64,000 nt of DNA from Nitrogeniibacter sp. (GTDB taxonomy: Bacteria > Pseudomonadota > Gammaproteobacteria > Burkholderiales > Rhodocyclaceae): NCBI GenBank assembly GCA_041600915.1, contig JBFIJC010000001.1:23895-87894 (forward strand). Reading direction: 5' to 3'. Below are positions 42,401-53,663 of the stretch, piece by piece. Numbering within the stretch: position 1 is the stretch's first letter; each line of letters opens with the position of its first letter. The translations under genes and the position numbers were made by a program. Under the pieces are notes generated by a model. The model was not told the origin of the DNA, did not search any database, and worked only from the letters and a program-made list of their open reading frames with translations.

Positions 42401-43117
42401 TTACTTGGAGCCGATGACTTCGATTTCAACGCGACGATCCGGCTGCAGGCAGTCGATCAGGGCCTTGCGGCTCTTCTGGTTGCAGTTGGTGGTCACGGGC
42501 TGGGCTTCGCCCTTGCCTTCGGTGTAAACACGGTTGGCTTCAACGCCTTTGCTGACCAGGTACTGCTTGACAGCGGCAGCACGCTTCTCGGACAGCTTCT
42601 GGTTGTAAGAAGCGGAACCCAGACGGTCGGTGTGACCAACAGCCAGGATCACTTCCAGCTTCAGCGAACCAGCTTCAGCAGCCAGCTTGTCCAGCTTGCC
42701 CTTGCCTTCCGGCTTCAGGACAGCCTTGTCGAAGTCGAACAGTGCGTCAGCAGCCAGCTTGACCTTGTTGGCCGTGGGCTTCGGTGCCGGTGCCGGTGCG
42801 GGCATCGGCTTGGCAGCGGCAGCCATCGGGGCTACGCACTTGTCTTTCGGGACGATGTCGCCATCACACCCGCAGCCAACCGGAAACTCGCCAGCCAGCA
42901 CACTGGAAGCCGCGGCCGGGCTCCAGTAGCCGGTGCGCCAGCACAGACCTGCGCCGCTCTTGGCGACGACGTTGCGCCCGTCGATGACGTAAGGAATGTC
43001 GCCCGTGCCGGTTACTTTGATGTCGCCATGGCCGTCAGCAATCGCTGCGGTAGCGGAGACACCAAGAGCAGCGACAGCAGCCGCCATGAAGAAATGCTTT
43101 TTCAGTTGTTTGATCAT
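42401..43117 (-). CDS. OmpA-family outer membrane/peptidoglycan-associated protein
   Basis: C-terminal OmpA domain: FDFDKAVLKPEG...GHTDRLGSASYNQKLSEKRAAAV...DRRVEIEV. Signal peptide from MIKQLKKHFF. Confidence 0.85.
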   Translation of the reverse strand: MIKQLKKHFFMAAAVAALGVSATAAIADGHGDIKVTGTGDIPYVIDGRNVVAKSGAGLCWRTGYWSPAAASSVLAGEFPVGCGCDGDIVPKDKCVAPMAAAAKPMPAPAPAPKPTANKVKLAADALFDFDKAVLKPEGKGKLDKLAAEAGSLKLEVILAVGHTDRLGSASYNQKLSEKRAAAVKQYLVSKGVEANRVYTEGKGEAQPVTTNCNQKSRKALIDCLQPDRRVEIEVIGSK

Positions 43118-43176
43118 ATGTTCCTCGTCACAGGGCAAGGTTGAACGGTGAAAGTTCCGCGGTCTTTGTCGCGGTA

Positions 43177-44502
43177 CTAGTCGAATCGACTACCGACCTT
43201 ATTCTGCCATACGCGTGTAACGCCAAGCAATTCATTGTCTGCTTTTTGCAACACTTGTTTATTTGAAACGCGCGTCTGTCCAGCAACCCAGACGTCCGAC
43301 ACGTACTCACGGCCCGCGCAATATACAAGGTGCGAGACGGGATCGAAACATGGTTGTGTTTCAAAAGGTGACAGGTCAACAGCGCAAAGATCGGCCCATT
43401 TGCCAATTTCGATGCTGCCGATCTCGTTTTCCAGCCCCAGCGCTTTGGCGCCATGCTGGGTGGCCATGCGCAGTGCTGTTTTTGCCGGGATGGCGGCGGC
43501 GTCCTTGGTGCTGACTTTTGCCAGCAGGGCGGCCATGCGCATTTCCTGGAAGATATCCAGGCGGTTGTTGCTGGCGGCGCCATCGGTGCCGAGGCCAATG
43601 GGAATGCCTTGGGCGAGCGCCTCAGTAATGGGCGCGATGCCGGAGGCGAGCTTCATATTGGAGGTGGGGCAGTGCGCCAGCGAGCAGCCGTGCCGCGCGA
43701 GGGTCTGGATTTCGGCGGGTGTGAGATGGACGGCGTGGACGCCGATAAGCTGGCTTTCGACGACGCCGAGTTGGGCCAGGCGTTCCAAGGGGCGCTTGCC
43801 GTGCTGCTTCAGGCTGTCTTCGATTTCCTGCTCGGTTTCATGGATATGGATATGGATCGGCAGGTCGAGCTCGTTGGACAGACTGACAATGCGCGAAAAA
43901 GTGGCGTCAGAGACGGTATAGGGCGCGTGCGGCGCCAGCGCGAAGCGTACGAGCGGGTTGCCGCGCCAGGCGTCGCGCGCGGCGAGTCCTTTGCTGAGGT
44001 ATTCATCAGCGCTGGCTGCATATGAGGTGGGAAAGTCGATGGTGGTGATGCCGATGACGCAGCGCATGCCCAGGGCGTCGAACGAGGCGGCCGCGGCGTC
44101 GGGGTAGAAGTACATCTCGTTGCAGGTGGTGATGCCGCCGCGAAGCATCTCTGCGGCCGCGAGCAGGGTGCCGTCGCGCACGAAAGCGGGGCTGACGTGT
44201 TTGGCCTCGGTGGGCCAGATCGCCGTTTGCAGCCATGTCATCAGCGGCAGGTCGTCGGCAATGCCGCGCATCAGCGTCATGGCGGCGTGGGTGTGCAGGT
44301 TAATCAGGCCGGGAATGAGTGCATGGTCGGGCAGGCGGGTTTCGGTGGTGGCGTGGTATCGCTCCCGTGCCAGGTTGCTTGGCAAGACGGCCACGATTCG
44401 TCCATTGCGCACGGCGACGCTGTGGTGCTCAAGTGTCGCGTCGGCAGCGTCTGCCGGGATCACCCAGCGGGCGCTGATCAGCAGGTCGACCTGTTCGCTC
44501 AT
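43177..44502 (-). CDS. mtaD: 5-methylthioadenosine/S-adenosylhomocysteine deaminase (amidohydrolase)
   Basis: PGLINLHTHAAMTLMRGIADDLPLMTWL, HIHIHET, GTDGAASNN motifs. Confidence 0.85.
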   Translation of the reverse strand: MSEQVDLLISARWVIPADAADATLEHHSVAVRNGRIVAVLPSNLARERYHATTETRLPDHALIPGLINLHTHAAMTLMRGIADDLPLMTWLQTAIWPTEAKHVSPAFVRDGTLLAAAEMLRGGITTCNEMYFYPDAAAASFDALGMRCVIGITTIDFPTSYAASADEYLSKGLAARDAWRGNPLVRFALAPHAPYTVSDATFSRIVSLSNELDLPIHIHIHETEQEIEDSLKQHGKRPLERLAQLGVVESQLIGVHAVHLTPAEIQTLARHGCSLAHCPTSNMKLASGIAPITEALAQGIPIGLGTDGAASNNRLDIFQEMRMAALLAKVSTKDAAAIPAKTALRMATQHGAKALGLENEIGSIEIGKWADLCAVDLSPFETQPCFDPVSHLVYCAGREYVSDVWVAGQTRVSNKQVLQKADNELLGVTRVWQNKVGSRFD

Positions 44503-44716
44503 GGCGTCTGTTCGCCTCGGAAGTGAAGGATGGAGGTGGCATTCAAGCCCGGGGCACGAGAAAGATCAAGTCGGCGGCGGCGCGTCGTGGCCTTGCGGCG
44601 ACGCCGGTTGGTGTTTTGGCATGCAGCGACATCGGTGCCAGAGGGGGAGAAGGCAGGGCTCGACGTGGTAATATTTCCCTCTTTTGAACGCCGCCTTTTC
44701 GGGCCTGCCGACAGCC

Positions 44717-47398
44717 ATGGATCAATTCGCAAAAGAGACCCTTCCGATCAGCCTTGAGGAAGAGATGCGTCATGCCTACCTCGACTACGCGATGAGCGTG
44801 ATCGTGGGGCGCGCGCTACCGGACGCGAGGGATGGTCTAAAGCCAGTTCACCGACGTGTGCTGTTTGCCATGCACGAGGCCAACAATGCGTGGAACCGGC
44901 CGTATGTGAAGTGCGCGCGGGTTGTCGGTGAGGTGATGGGTAAGTATCACCCGCACGGCGACTCGGCCATTTATGACACCTTGGTCCGCATGGCGCAGAA
45001 TTTTTCACTGCGCTACATGCTGGTCGATGGTCAGGGTAACTTCGGCTCTATCGACGGCGATAACGCGGCGGCAATGCGTTATACCGAGTGCCGCCAGGCG
45101 CGCGTGGCCAGTGAGTTGCTGTCGGACATCGACAAGGAAACGGTCAATTTCGTCCCCAACTATGACGGCAAGGAACGTGAGCCGGCCGTGTTGCCGGCGC
45201 GGATTCCGAACCTGCTGATCAATGGTTCATCGGGTATTGCGGTGGGTATGGCCACCAATATTCCGCCGCACAACCTGCGCGAAGTGATCGACGCGTGCCT
45301 GTTGCTGCTGAATGAGCCGGATACCGATATTGAAGCGCTGATCAAGATCGTCAAGGCGCCGGACTTCCCGACGGCGGCCCTGATCTACGGTCTGTCAGGT
45401 GTGCATGACGGTTATCGCACCGGCCGTGGCCGGGTGGTGATGCGTGCGCGCACGCACTTCGAAGACCTTGAGCGCGGCAATCGCCAGGCGATCATCGTTG
45501 ATGAGATTCCTTACCAGGTGAACAAGCGCTCGGTGCTCGAGCGTATCGCCGAGCTGGTCAACGAGAAGAAGATCGAAGGTATTTCCGAAATCCGCGACGA
45601 GTCGGACAAATCCGGCATGCGCGTGGTGATCGAGCTCAAGCGCGGCGAAGTGCCCGAGGTCGTGCTGAATAATCTGTTCAAGCAGACGCAGCTGCAGGAC
45701 ACCTTTGGCATGAACATGGTGGCGCTGGTCGATGGTCGCCCCAAGGTGCTCAATCTGCACGAGTTGCTCGATTGCTTCTTGCAGCACCGCCGCGAAGTTG
45801 TTACGCGTCGCACCATTTACGAGCTGCGCAAGGCGCGCGAACGCGGCCATGTGCTCGAAGGCCTGGCCGTTGCGCTGTCGAACGTGGATGAGGTGATCGC
45901 GCTGATCAAGGCGGCACCGACGCCGGCCGAAGCCAAGCTGGCCCTCATGGACCGCATGTGGCGTTCGCCGCTGGTCGAGGAGATGCTGGCGCGCGCCGTG
46001 GCTGATCGTGACAGCTTCCGCCCGGCCGGCCTGCCGCCCGAGTTTGGCCTGCAGGACAACGGCTATCGGATGTCCGATGCCCAGGCGCAAGCCATCCTAG
46101 AGCTGCGCCTGCAGCGCCTGACCGGTCTGGAGCAGGACAAGATTCTGTCCGAGTACCGCGAGGTGATGGAAACCATCTCCGACCTGCTCGACATTCTGGC
46201 CCGTCCTGAGCGCGTGACCAGCATCATTGCCGAAGAATTGGCGGCGGTTCGCGAGCAGTATGGCGACGAGCGCCGCTCGGAGGTGGTCATGGACACCTCC
46301 GACATCAATATTGAAGACCTGATCACGCCGGAAGACATGGTGGTGACCTTGTCGCACACCGGCTACTTCAAGCGTCAGCGCCTGGCCGACTATCGTGCCC
46401 AACGCCGCGGTGGGCGGGGCAAGCAAGCCACAGCAATGAAGGAAGATGATTTCATCGACCGTTTGTTCGTGGCCAACACGCACGACACCATCATGTGCTT
46501 CTCGAACCGTGGCCGCGCTTATTGGCTCAAGGTTTACGAGGTGCCCGAGGGTACGCGCAATTCGCGCGGCAAGCCGATCGTGAACCTGTTCCCCTTGTTC
46601 GAGGGCGAGAAGATCACGGCCGTGCTGCCGGTCAAGGCCTTTGATGAGGACCATTTCGTCTTCATGGCCACCTCGCGCGGCACAGTCAAGAAAACCCCGT
46701 TGTCCGATTTCTCCAACCCGCGCAAGGCCGGCATCATCGCCGTTGGGCTGGACGAGGATGATTACCTCATCGGCGTGGCGATTACCGACGGTCAGTGCGA
46801 TGTGATGCTGTTCTCCGACGCGGGCAAAGCGGTGCGTTTTGCCGAAACCGATGTGCGCCCGATGGGCCGCACGGCGCGTGGCGTGCGCGGCATGATGCTT
46901 GAGCCCGGTCAGCAGGTGATCAGCATGCTGGTGGCCGACGACGAAAGCTGGTCGGTGCTGACGGCAACGGTCAATGGCTACGGCAAGCGCACGCCGATTG
47001 GCGAGTACACCCGCCACGGTCGTGGCACCAAGGGCATGATCGCCATCCAGTCGTCCGAACGAAATGGCAAGCTCATCGGTGCGGTGCTGGTCAAGCCCGA
47101 AAACGAGATCATGCTGATCTCCACCGGCGGCGTGCTGATTCGCACCAAGGTTGAGCACATTCGCGAAATGGGTCGTTCAACCCAAGGGGTGACGCTGATT
47201 TCGCTGGATGATGGCACGTATCTGGCCGGGATCGAGCCGGTGGCTGAAACCGAAGACGATGAAGCGTTTTTTGACGAGGCGCTGGATGTGGCCGAGGGCG
47301 CTGCCGCTGCCGAAGCGCCGGCCGCGACCGACGCGCCGGCTGAGACGGACGGAGCGCCAGAGACTCCGTCGGATGATGGTGCTGACGGAGCCGAGTGA
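44717..47398 (+). CDS. gyrA: DNA gyrase subunit A
   Basis: [48 protein letters not shown], acidic C-terminal tail. Start taken at MDQFAKE. Confidence 0.97.
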   Translation: MDQFAKETLPISLEEEMRHAYLDYAMSVIVGRALPDARDGLKPVHRRVLFAMHEANNAWNRPYVKCARVVGEVMGKYHPHGDSAIYDTLVRMAQNFSLRYMLVDGQGNFGSIDGDNAAAMRYTECRQARVASELLSDIDKETVNFVPNYDGKEREPAVLPARIPNLLINGSSGIAVGMATNIPPHNLREVIDACLLLLNEPDTDIEALIKIVKAPDFPTAALIYGLSGVHDGYRTGRGRVVMRARTHFEDLERGNRQAIIVDEIPYQVNKRSVLERIAELVNEKKIEGISEIRDESDKSGMRVVIELKRGEVPEVVLNNLFKQTQLQDTFGMNMVALVDGRPKVLNLHELLDCFLQHRREVVTRRTIYELRKARERGHVLEGLAVALSNVDEVIALIKAAPTPAEAKLALMDRMWRSPLVEEMLARAVADRDSFRPAGLPPEFGLQDNGYRMSDAQAQAILELRLQRLTGLEQDKILSEYREVMETISDLLDILARPERVTSIIAEELAAVREQYGDERRSEVVMDTSDINIEDLITPEDMVVTLSHTGYFKRQRLADYRAQRRGGRGKQATAMKEDDFIDRLFVANTHDTIMCFSNRGRAYWLKVYEVPEGTRNSRGKPIVNLFPLFEGEKITAVLPVKAFDEDHFVFMATSRGTVKKTPLSDFSNPRKAGIIAVGLDEDDYLIGVAITDGQCDVMLFSDAGKAVRFAETDVRPMGRTARGVRGMMLEPGQQVISMLVADDESWSVLTATVNGYGKRTPIGEYTRHGRGTKGMIAIQSSERNGKLIGAVLVKPENEIMLISTGGVLIRTKVEHIREMGRSTQGVTLISLDDGTYLAGIEPVAETEDDEAFFDEALDVAEGAAAAEAPAATDAPAETDGAPETPSDDGADGAE

Positions 47399-48495
47399 TG
47401 TCGCGCGTGTTCAATTTCAGCGCCGGCCCTGCGGCGCTGCCCGAGTCCGTGCTGCGTCGTGCCGCCGAAGAGATGCTCGACTGGCACGGTACGGGTGTGA
47501 GCGTGATGGAAATGAGCCATCGCAGCCCGGCCTTCCAGTCGATCTACGATCAGGCCGAAGCCGACCTGCGCGAGCTGCTGGCCGTGCCATCGAACTACCG
47601 CATCCTGTTCATGCAGGGCGGGGCGATTGCCGAAAACGCGCTGGTGCCGATGAACCTGCTTGGCGACAAGCGCGGCGCCGACTATGTGGTGACCGGGTCC
47701 TGGTCTGCCAAGTCGCAAAAAGAGGCGCGTCGTTACTGTGAAGTAAACATCGCTGCTTCGACCGAAGCCTGCGGCTTCAACACCGTGCCGTCGATGCACG
47801 ACTGGCGCCTGTCGGACGATCCGGCCTATCTGTTTGTGTGCACCAACGAGACCATCGATGGCGTCGAATTCGGCTTTGATCCGGATCTGCGCGAGATCGG
47901 TCGTGGCGAGGTGCCGGTGGTGGCCGATGTGTCATCGCACATCCTGTCGCGCAAGGTCGACGTGTCGCGCTATGGCGTGTTGTTTGGCGGCGCACAGAAA
48001 AACATCGGTCCGGCCGGCCTGACCATCGTCATCGTGCGCGAGGATCTGCTCGGGCGCGCTCACAAGGATTGCCCGTCGGCCTTCGACTACAAACTGGTGG
48101 CCGACAACAACTCCATGTACAACACGCCGCCGACCTACGCGATCTACATTGCCGGGCTGGTTTTTCAGTGGCTGCGCGCCCAGGGGGGGGTCGCCGCCAT
48201 TGAGGCGATCAATAAAGACAAGGCCGAGCGCCTCTATCGCTTCGTGGATCAGAGCGCGTTCTACGAGAACCGTATCGACCCGCGGTATCGCTCGCGCATG
48301 AATGTGCCGTTTTTCCTGGCCGATGAATCGCGCAATGCCGCGTTTCTTGAGCAAAGCTCGGCGGCGGGTCTGGTGCAGCTGAAGGGACACAAATCAGTCG
48401 GAGGCATGCGTGCTTCCATTTATAACGCGATGCCGCTCGAAGGCGTCGAAGCGTTGATCGAGTTCATGCGGGACTTTGAAAGGCGGAACGGGTAA
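47398..48495 (+). CDS. serC: Phosphoserine aminotransferase
   Basis: [26 protein letters not shown], typical length. Confidence 0.95.
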   Translation: MSRVFNFSAGPAALPESVLRRAAEEMLDWHGTGVSVMEMSHRSPAFQSIYDQAEADLRELLAVPSNYRILFMQGGAIAENALVPMNLLGDKRGADYVVTGSWSAKSQKEARRYCEVNIAASTEACGFNTVPSMHDWRLSDDPAYLFVCTNETIDGVEFGFDPDLREIGRGEVPVVADVSSHILSRKVDVSRYGVLFGGAQKNIGPAGLTIVIVREDLLGRAHKDCPSAFDYKLVADNNSMYNTPPTYAIYIAGLVFQWLRAQGGVAAIEAINKDKAERLYRFVDQSAFYENRIDPRYRSRMNVPFFLADESRNAAFLEQSSAAGLVQLKGHKSVGGMRASIYNAMPLEGVEALIEFMRDFERRNG

Positions 48496-49577
48496 TGGCA
48501 GAAGGGATGAGCGAAGAGCAGGAACTGCTCAAACTGCGTAACGAAATCGACGCGATCGACGACCAGCTGCTGGCCAGCGTCTCTCGCCGGGGGCGGCTCG
48601 CCCAGCGCGTAGGTGAGATCAAGCAGGGCAATATCTATCGCCCCGAGCGCGAAGCCCAGGTGTTGCGACGCCTTGCAGACGCAAACCCCGGCCCCTTGCC
48701 GTCGACCGCGGTTCAGCGGATTTTCCGTGAGCTGATGTCAGCCTGTCTGGCGCTCGAGCAGCCGCTCAAGGTGGCCTATCTCGGCCCCGCAGGTACCTTC
48801 TCGGAAAGCGCCTCGCGTAAGCACTTTGGCAGCGCGCCGACCTTCATGCCCATGCTGGCCATCGACGATGTGTTCCGCTCGGTCGAAGCCGGCAGTGTCG
48901 ACTACGGCGTGGTGCCAGTCGAAAACTCCACTGAAGGCGCCATCGGGCGCACGCTCGATCTGCTGCTGCTCAACCCGCTCAAGATCTGCGGCGAGGTCAA
49001 GCTACGTATTCATCAGCACCTCATGTCCAAGGCCGACGGCCTGGGCGCAGCGCGGCGGGTCTATTCCCACGCGCAGAGCCTGGCGCAGTGTCAGGAGTGG
49101 CTGAATCGTAATTTGCCCTCGTTGCCGCGCGTGCCCGTGGCCAGCAATGCCGAAGCGGCGCGGCTGGCGGCGGAAGATCCCGAGTCGGTGGCCATTGCCG
49201 GCGAAGCTGCGGCCGAACTGTATGGTCTGAACATTCTGGCTGGCAATATTGAAGACGACCCCAATAACACCACGCGCTTTCTGGTGATCTGCCAGCATGA
49301 TGCCGGCCCGTCAGGCAAGGATAAAACCTCGCTGGTGTGCTCGACGCCCAACCGCGCCGGCGCCATGCACCGCCTGCTTCAGCCCCTGGCCGAGCACGGT
49401 GTGAGCATGAGCAAGCTGCAATCCCGTCCGGCGCGTTCCGGGCTCTGGGAATATGTCTATTACATCGATTTCGAAGGCCATCAGAGCGAAGCGAAGGTTA
49501 TTGCGGCCTTGGCGGACCTGGAGCGCAATGCGAGCTTCGTGAAAGTGCTGGGGTCTTACCCGGTGGCCGCGCTCTGA
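48495..49577 (+). CDS. pheA: Bifunctional chorismate mutase / prephenate dehydratase (P-protein)
   Basis: LLKLRNEIDAIDDQLL CM domain, VAYLGPAGTFSE, TRFLV, ACT-like C-terminus. Confidence 0.95.
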   Translation: MAEGMSEEQELLKLRNEIDAIDDQLLASVSRRGRLAQRVGEIKQGNIYRPEREAQVLRRLADANPGPLPSTAVQRIFRELMSACLALEQPLKVAYLGPAGTFSESASRKHFGSAPTFMPMLAIDDVFRSVEAGSVDYGVVPVENSTEGAIGRTLDLLLLNPLKICGEVKLRIHQHLMSKADGLGAARRVYSHAQSLAQCQEWLNRNLPSLPRVPVASNAEAARLAAEDPESVAIAGEAAAELYGLNILAGNIEDDPNNTTRFLVICQHDAGPSGKDKTSLVCSTPNRAGAMHRLLQPLAEHGVSMSKLQSRPARSGLWEYVYYIDFEGHQSEAKVIAALADLERNASFVKVLGSYPVAAL

Positions 49578-49635
49578 GCGCAGTTGCGTTGCAGGACAAG
49601 CGCAGACAAAAAAGTACGAACCAGGAGACCTAGCC

Positions 49636-50733
49636 ATGTCAATCGCCGATCAGGCGCCGGACTATATTCGGGCCATTTCCCCCTATCAGCCGGGCAAGCC
49701 GATCGCCGAGCTGGCACGCGAAATGGGGCTGGTCGAGGCCAGCATCGTCAAGCTCGCCTCCAATGAGAACCCGCTGGGTATCAGTCCGATGGCCAAAGAG
49801 GCCATTGCCCGGGCGGTGGCCGAGCTGGCGCGCTATCCCGACGGTAATGGCTTTGCGTTGAAGGCGGCGCTGTCCGAGCGTACCGGCGTACCGATGAACG
49901 GCATCGTGCTCGGCAATGGTTCGAATGATGTGCTTGAGCTCGTCGCGCGTACGTTTCTTACGCCCGGTTCTGAGGCCGTGTTCTCCGAGCATGCGTTTGC
50001 GGTCTACCCCCTGGCGACAATGGCCGTTGGCGGCAAGCCGGTCGCCGTGCCGGCGAAGAATTTTGGCCATGATCTGGACGCCATGGCGGCGGCCGTGACC
50101 GATAAAACCGGCGTGATCTTCATCGCCAACCCCAACAACCCGACCGGCACCTTCTTGCCGGGACCGCAGATCGCGGCCTTCCTCGAGAAGATTCCCGAGC
50201 GTGTGCTGGTGGTGCTTGACGAGGCCTACACTGAATACCTGTCGGACGAGGACCGCTACGATGCGATCGCTTGGCTGGCGCGTTTTCCGAACTTGCTGGT
50301 GTCGCGCACGTTTTCCAAGGCATACGGATTGGCGGGTTTGCGTGTGGGCTATGGCTTGGCGAACCTCGGCGTGATCGATCTGCTCAATCGGGTTCGCCAG
50401 CCATTCAATGTCAACAGCCTTGCATTGGCGGCGGCTACCGCTGCGCTGGGCGACGAAGAGTTTCTGGCCAAGAGTGCTGATCTCAACCGTCGCGGCATGA
50501 GGCAATTGACCGCGGCGTTTCAGGCCATGGCGCTGGAATGGATTCCGTCGTGGGGTAACTTCGTGACCGTAAAAGTCGGTGATGGCGATGCGGTCAATCG
50601 CAAGCTTTTGACGCAGGGCGTCATCGTTCGCCCGATTGCGGGCTACGGCATGCCGCAATGGTTGCGGGTGTCGATTGGCCTGCCTGAAGAAAACGCCCGC
50701 TTCATCTCGGCACTGCAGCAGGCATTGCACTGA
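49636..50733 (+). CDS. hisC: Histidinol-phosphate/aromatic aminotransferase
   Basis: KLASNENPLG, RTFSKAYGLAGLRVGY. Confidence 0.9.
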   Translation: MSIADQAPDYIRAISPYQPGKPIAELAREMGLVEASIVKLASNENPLGISPMAKEAIARAVAELARYPDGNGFALKAALSERTGVPMNGIVLGNGSNDVLELVARTFLTPGSEAVFSEHAFAVYPLATMAVGGKPVAVPAKNFGHDLDAMAAAVTDKTGVIFIANPNNPTGTFLPGPQIAAFLEKIPERVLVVLDEAYTEYLSDEDRYDAIAWLARFPNLLVSRTFSKAYGLAGLRVGYGLANLGVIDLLNRVRQPFNVNSLALAAATAALGDEEFLAKSADLNRRGMRQLTAAFQAMALEWIPSWGNFVTVKVGDGDAVNRKLLTQGVIVRPIAGYGMPQWLRVSIGLPEENARFISALQQALH

Positions 50734-51626
50734 TGGATGTACAGCCGGTTGCACCGATTCGACGCTTGGTGGTCTGTGGCGCGGGCCTGATCGGCGGCTC
50801 CTTTGCGCTGGCCTTGAAGTCGGCCGGGATGGTCGAGCATGTGGTTGGCGTCGGCCGCACTCAAGCCTCGCTGGAGCGCGCCAAGACGCTGGGTGTCATC
50901 GATGAAGTGGCGCTGGATTGGGCGAGCGCCCTGAACGGCGCCGATTTCGTGCTCCTTGCCATGCCAGTCGGTCAGGCGAACGCCGTGATGGCGGCCATGG
51001 CGCCGCATCTGGCGCCCGGCACCATCATCACCGATGCCGGCAGCACCAAACGCGATGTGATTGAGGCCGTCTACGCGCATCTCGACAGGCATCTGTCGCA
51101 TGTGGTGCCCGCGCACCCTATTGCCGGGGCCGAGAAGAGCGGTGCCGACGCGGCGTTTTCGACGCTCTATCGTGGCCGCAATGTGGTCGTCACGCCCTTG
51201 CCTGAGAACGATCCGGCGGCGGTCGCGCGGGTACGCGCCATTTGGGAGGCCTGTGGTGCGTTGGTCCGCGAAATGAGTCCGCAAGACCATGACCGCGTGT
51301 TTGCTGCAGTCAGTCATTTGCCCCATTTGCTCGCCTTCGGCCTGGTGCACGACCTCGCCGGTCGCGCCAACGCCGAGCAACTGTTCAGCTTTGCCGCCAG
51401 CGGATTTCGCGACTTCACGCGTATTGCCGGCAGCCATCCCGAAATGTGGCGGGACATCTGCATGGCCAATCGCCACGCGCTGACGGCCGAGCTGGACCAG
51501 TATCTGGGCGAGCTCGCCTATTTGCGCGCGCTGCTGATGTCCGGTGACGGCAACCGGCTTGAGGCCTTGTTTGGCGAGGCTCGCGAAGCGCGCAACCGTT
51601 GGGCAGAGAAAACCTTTCCTTCTTGA
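50733..51626 (+). CDS. tyrA: Prephenate dehydrogenase
   Basis: [17 protein letters not shown] Rossmann motif, GGHPIAG-like [18 protein letters not shown]. Confidence 0.9.
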   Translation: MDVQPVAPIRRLVVCGAGLIGGSFALALKSAGMVEHVVGVGRTQASLERAKTLGVIDEVALDWASALNGADFVLLAMPVGQANAVMAAMAPHLAPGTIITDAGSTKRDVIEAVYAHLDRHLSHVVPAHPIAGAEKSGADAAFSTLYRGRNVVVTPLPENDPAAVARVRAIWEACGALVREMSPQDHDRVFAAVSHLPHLLAFGLVHDLAGRANAEQLFSFAASGFRDFTRIAGSHPEMWRDICMANRHALTAELDQYLGELAYLRALLMSGDGNRLEALFGEAREARNRWAEKTFPS

Positions 51627-51645
51627 TAGATACGGATGTCGAAAC

Positions 51646-53571
51646 GTGGAAACCCTTGATCTTCCCCCGATGATTCGGGCCGCGGGTACGGTTCGTTTGC
51701 CCGGCTCGAAAAGCATTTCCAACCGGGTGTTGCTGCTCGCTGCACTGGCCGATGGGCAGACGCGGGTGCACGACCTGCTGCGCTCCGACGACACCGAGCG
51801 CATGCTCGACGCGCTGCGCACGCTCGGCGTGCCTTGGCAGCATGATGCGGCGACAGACTGCTTTGTGGTCGATGGCGTCGCAGGGCGTTTTCCGGTGGCC
51901 GACGCGGATCTGTTTCTCGGTAATGCCGGCACGGCTTTTCGTCCGCTGACCGCAGCCTTGGCCTTGTCGGGGGGCGACTACCGGCTATCCGGCGTGGCAC
52001 GCATGCACGAGCGGCCAATTGGCGATCTGGTTGATGCCTTGTCGCAACTGGGGGCCGCGGTGACCTACACCGGCAATCCGGGTTATCCGCCGCTGACGAT
52101 TGGCAAGGGCGCGATTCGCGCCGGCGGATCGGTGTCGGTGCGTGGCGATGTATCAAGCCAGTTTTTGACGGCCTTGCTGATGGCCGCGCCGCTGACCGGC
52201 GTTGAAATCAACATCGAAGTCAGCGGCGAACTGATCTCCAAGCCGTATATCGAGATCACCCTGAACCTGATGGCACGCTTTGGCGTGCAAGTCGCACGTG
52301 AGGGCTGGCAGCGATTCACCGTGCCGGGCGGCGTGCGCTATCGCAGCCCCGGCGACATCCATGTCGAAGGTGATGCCTCGTCGGCCTCGTATTTCCTCGC
52401 CGCTGGCGCAATCGGCGGCGGCCCGGTGCGTGTCGAAGGGGTGGGGCGCAACAGCATTCAGGGCGATGTTCGATTTGCACAGGCGCTCGAACAACTCGGC
52501 GTCCGGATCAGCATGGGGGATCACTGGATCGAGGCGAGCGCGCCCGCCGGCGGCCAGCTCAAAGCCTTTGACATGGACCTCAACCACATTCCCGATGCGG
52601 CGATGACGCTGGCGGTGATGGCCGTGTTCTGCGACGGCCCCTGCCATTTGCGCAATATCGCCAGCTGGCGGGTCAAGGAAACCGACCGTATCGCCGCGAT
52701 GGCGATCGAACTACGCAAGATTGGTGTCGAGGTCGAGGAGTTTGACGATGCGCTGCGCGTCAATCCGCCGAAGACGCTGCGCCATGCAGCCATCGACACC
52801 TATGATGACCACCGCATGGCGATGTGCTTCTCGCTGGTCAGTCTCGGCGGCGTGGGCGTGACCATCAATGACCCCGCCTGCGTAAACAAAACCTTCCCCG
52901 GCTATTTTGATGTCTATCGCGGCATTGCCACTCCGGTGCCGGTTGTCGCCATCGACGGCCCCTCGGCGTCGGGCAAGGGCACGGTCGCCGCGCGGGTTGC
53001 TGAATCGCTGGGTTACCACTATCTCGATAGCGGTTCGCTCTACCGTTTGGTGGCGCTGGCAGCGATTCGGGGTGGCATCACCGACGACGGGGCGCTTGCT
53101 GCATTGGCGGAAGCCTTGCCGGCGGAGTTCGTCGGCGGCAGGATTTTGCTTTCCGGCGCCGATGTAACCGACGCCATTCGCAGCGAAGCGTGTGCGGCCA
53201 TGGCCTCTAAAGTGGCCGCGATACCTGCGGTGCGAGATGCCTTGCTGGAGCGCCAGCGCGCGTATCGTCAGGCGCCGGGTCTGGTGGCGGAAGGGCGCGA
53301 CATGGGCTCGGTGATTTTCCCGGACGCAGCAAGTAAATTCTTTCTCACGGCCTCGGTCGAGGCGCGGGCGCAACGACGCTATAAGCAGTTGATGGAAAAG
53401 GGTTTGCCTGCTAACATTGATAGTCTTTCACAGGAGCTTTCCGAGCGTGACGCGCGAGACGCGGCCCGCAGCGTGGCGCCTTTGAAAAAATTGCCGGACG
53501 CAGTGCTCGTTGAAACGTCAGACATGACGGTTGATGAAGCAGTCCGGTTTGTGGCTGAGCGCATCGCCTGA
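51646..53571 (+). CDS. aroA: Fused 3-phosphoshikimate 1-carboxyvinyltransferase (AroA) and cytidylate kinase (Cmk)
   Basis: GTG start gives [27 protein letters not shown] (E. coli [27 protein letters not shown]). After ~430 aa, [16 protein letters not shown]...EGRDMGSV Cmk motifs continue in the same ORF. Confidence 0.9.
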   Translation: METLDLPPMIRAAGTVRLPGSKSISNRVLLLAALADGQTRVHDLLRSDDTERMLDALRTLGVPWQHDAATDCFVVDGVAGRFPVADADLFLGNAGTAFRPLTAALALSGGDYRLSGVARMHERPIGDLVDALSQLGAAVTYTGNPGYPPLTIGKGAIRAGGSVSVRGDVSSQFLTALLMAAPLTGVEINIEVSGELISKPYIEITLNLMARFGVQVAREGWQRFTVPGGVRYRSPGDIHVEGDASSASYFLAAGAIGGGPVRVEGVGRNSIQGDVRFAQALEQLGVRISMGDHWIEASAPAGGQLKAFDMDLNHIPDAAMTLAVMAVFCDGPCHLRNIASWRVKETDRIAAMAIELRKIGVEVEEFDDALRVNPPKTLRHAAIDTYDDHRMAMCFSLVSLGGVGVTINDPACVNKTFPGYFDVYRGIATPVPVVAIDGPSASGKGTVAARVAESLGYHYLDSGSLYRLVALAAIRGGITDDGALAALAEALPAEFVGGRILLSGADVTDAIRSEACAAMASKVAAIPAVRDALLERQRAYRQAPGLVAEGRDMGSVIFPDAASKFFLTASVEARAQRRYKQLMEKGLPANIDSLSQELSERDARDAARSVAPLKKLPDAVLVETSDMTVDEAVRFVAERIA

Positions 53572-53595
53572 CGCGGTGAGCCGGTCCAAGCGTAT

Positions 53596-53618
53596 TCCGG
53601 CCATTTGGCCGGTGTTTT
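53596..53618 (+). terminator. Rho-independent terminator
   Basis: CCGGCC-ATTT-GGCCGG then TGTTTTT. Confidence 0.6.
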
Positions 53619-53663
53619 TATTAACTAACCCGCTGTCCTTGTGGCAGCACCAGGTCTTTTTTT

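Noticed and set aside
49639-51932. Long - strand ORFs (371 and 429 aa) opposite hisC, tyrA and aroA
   Set aside because: They are antisense to unmistakable housekeeping genes, and their products have an Arg/Gly/Ala/His-rich composition. They are high-GC shadow frames.
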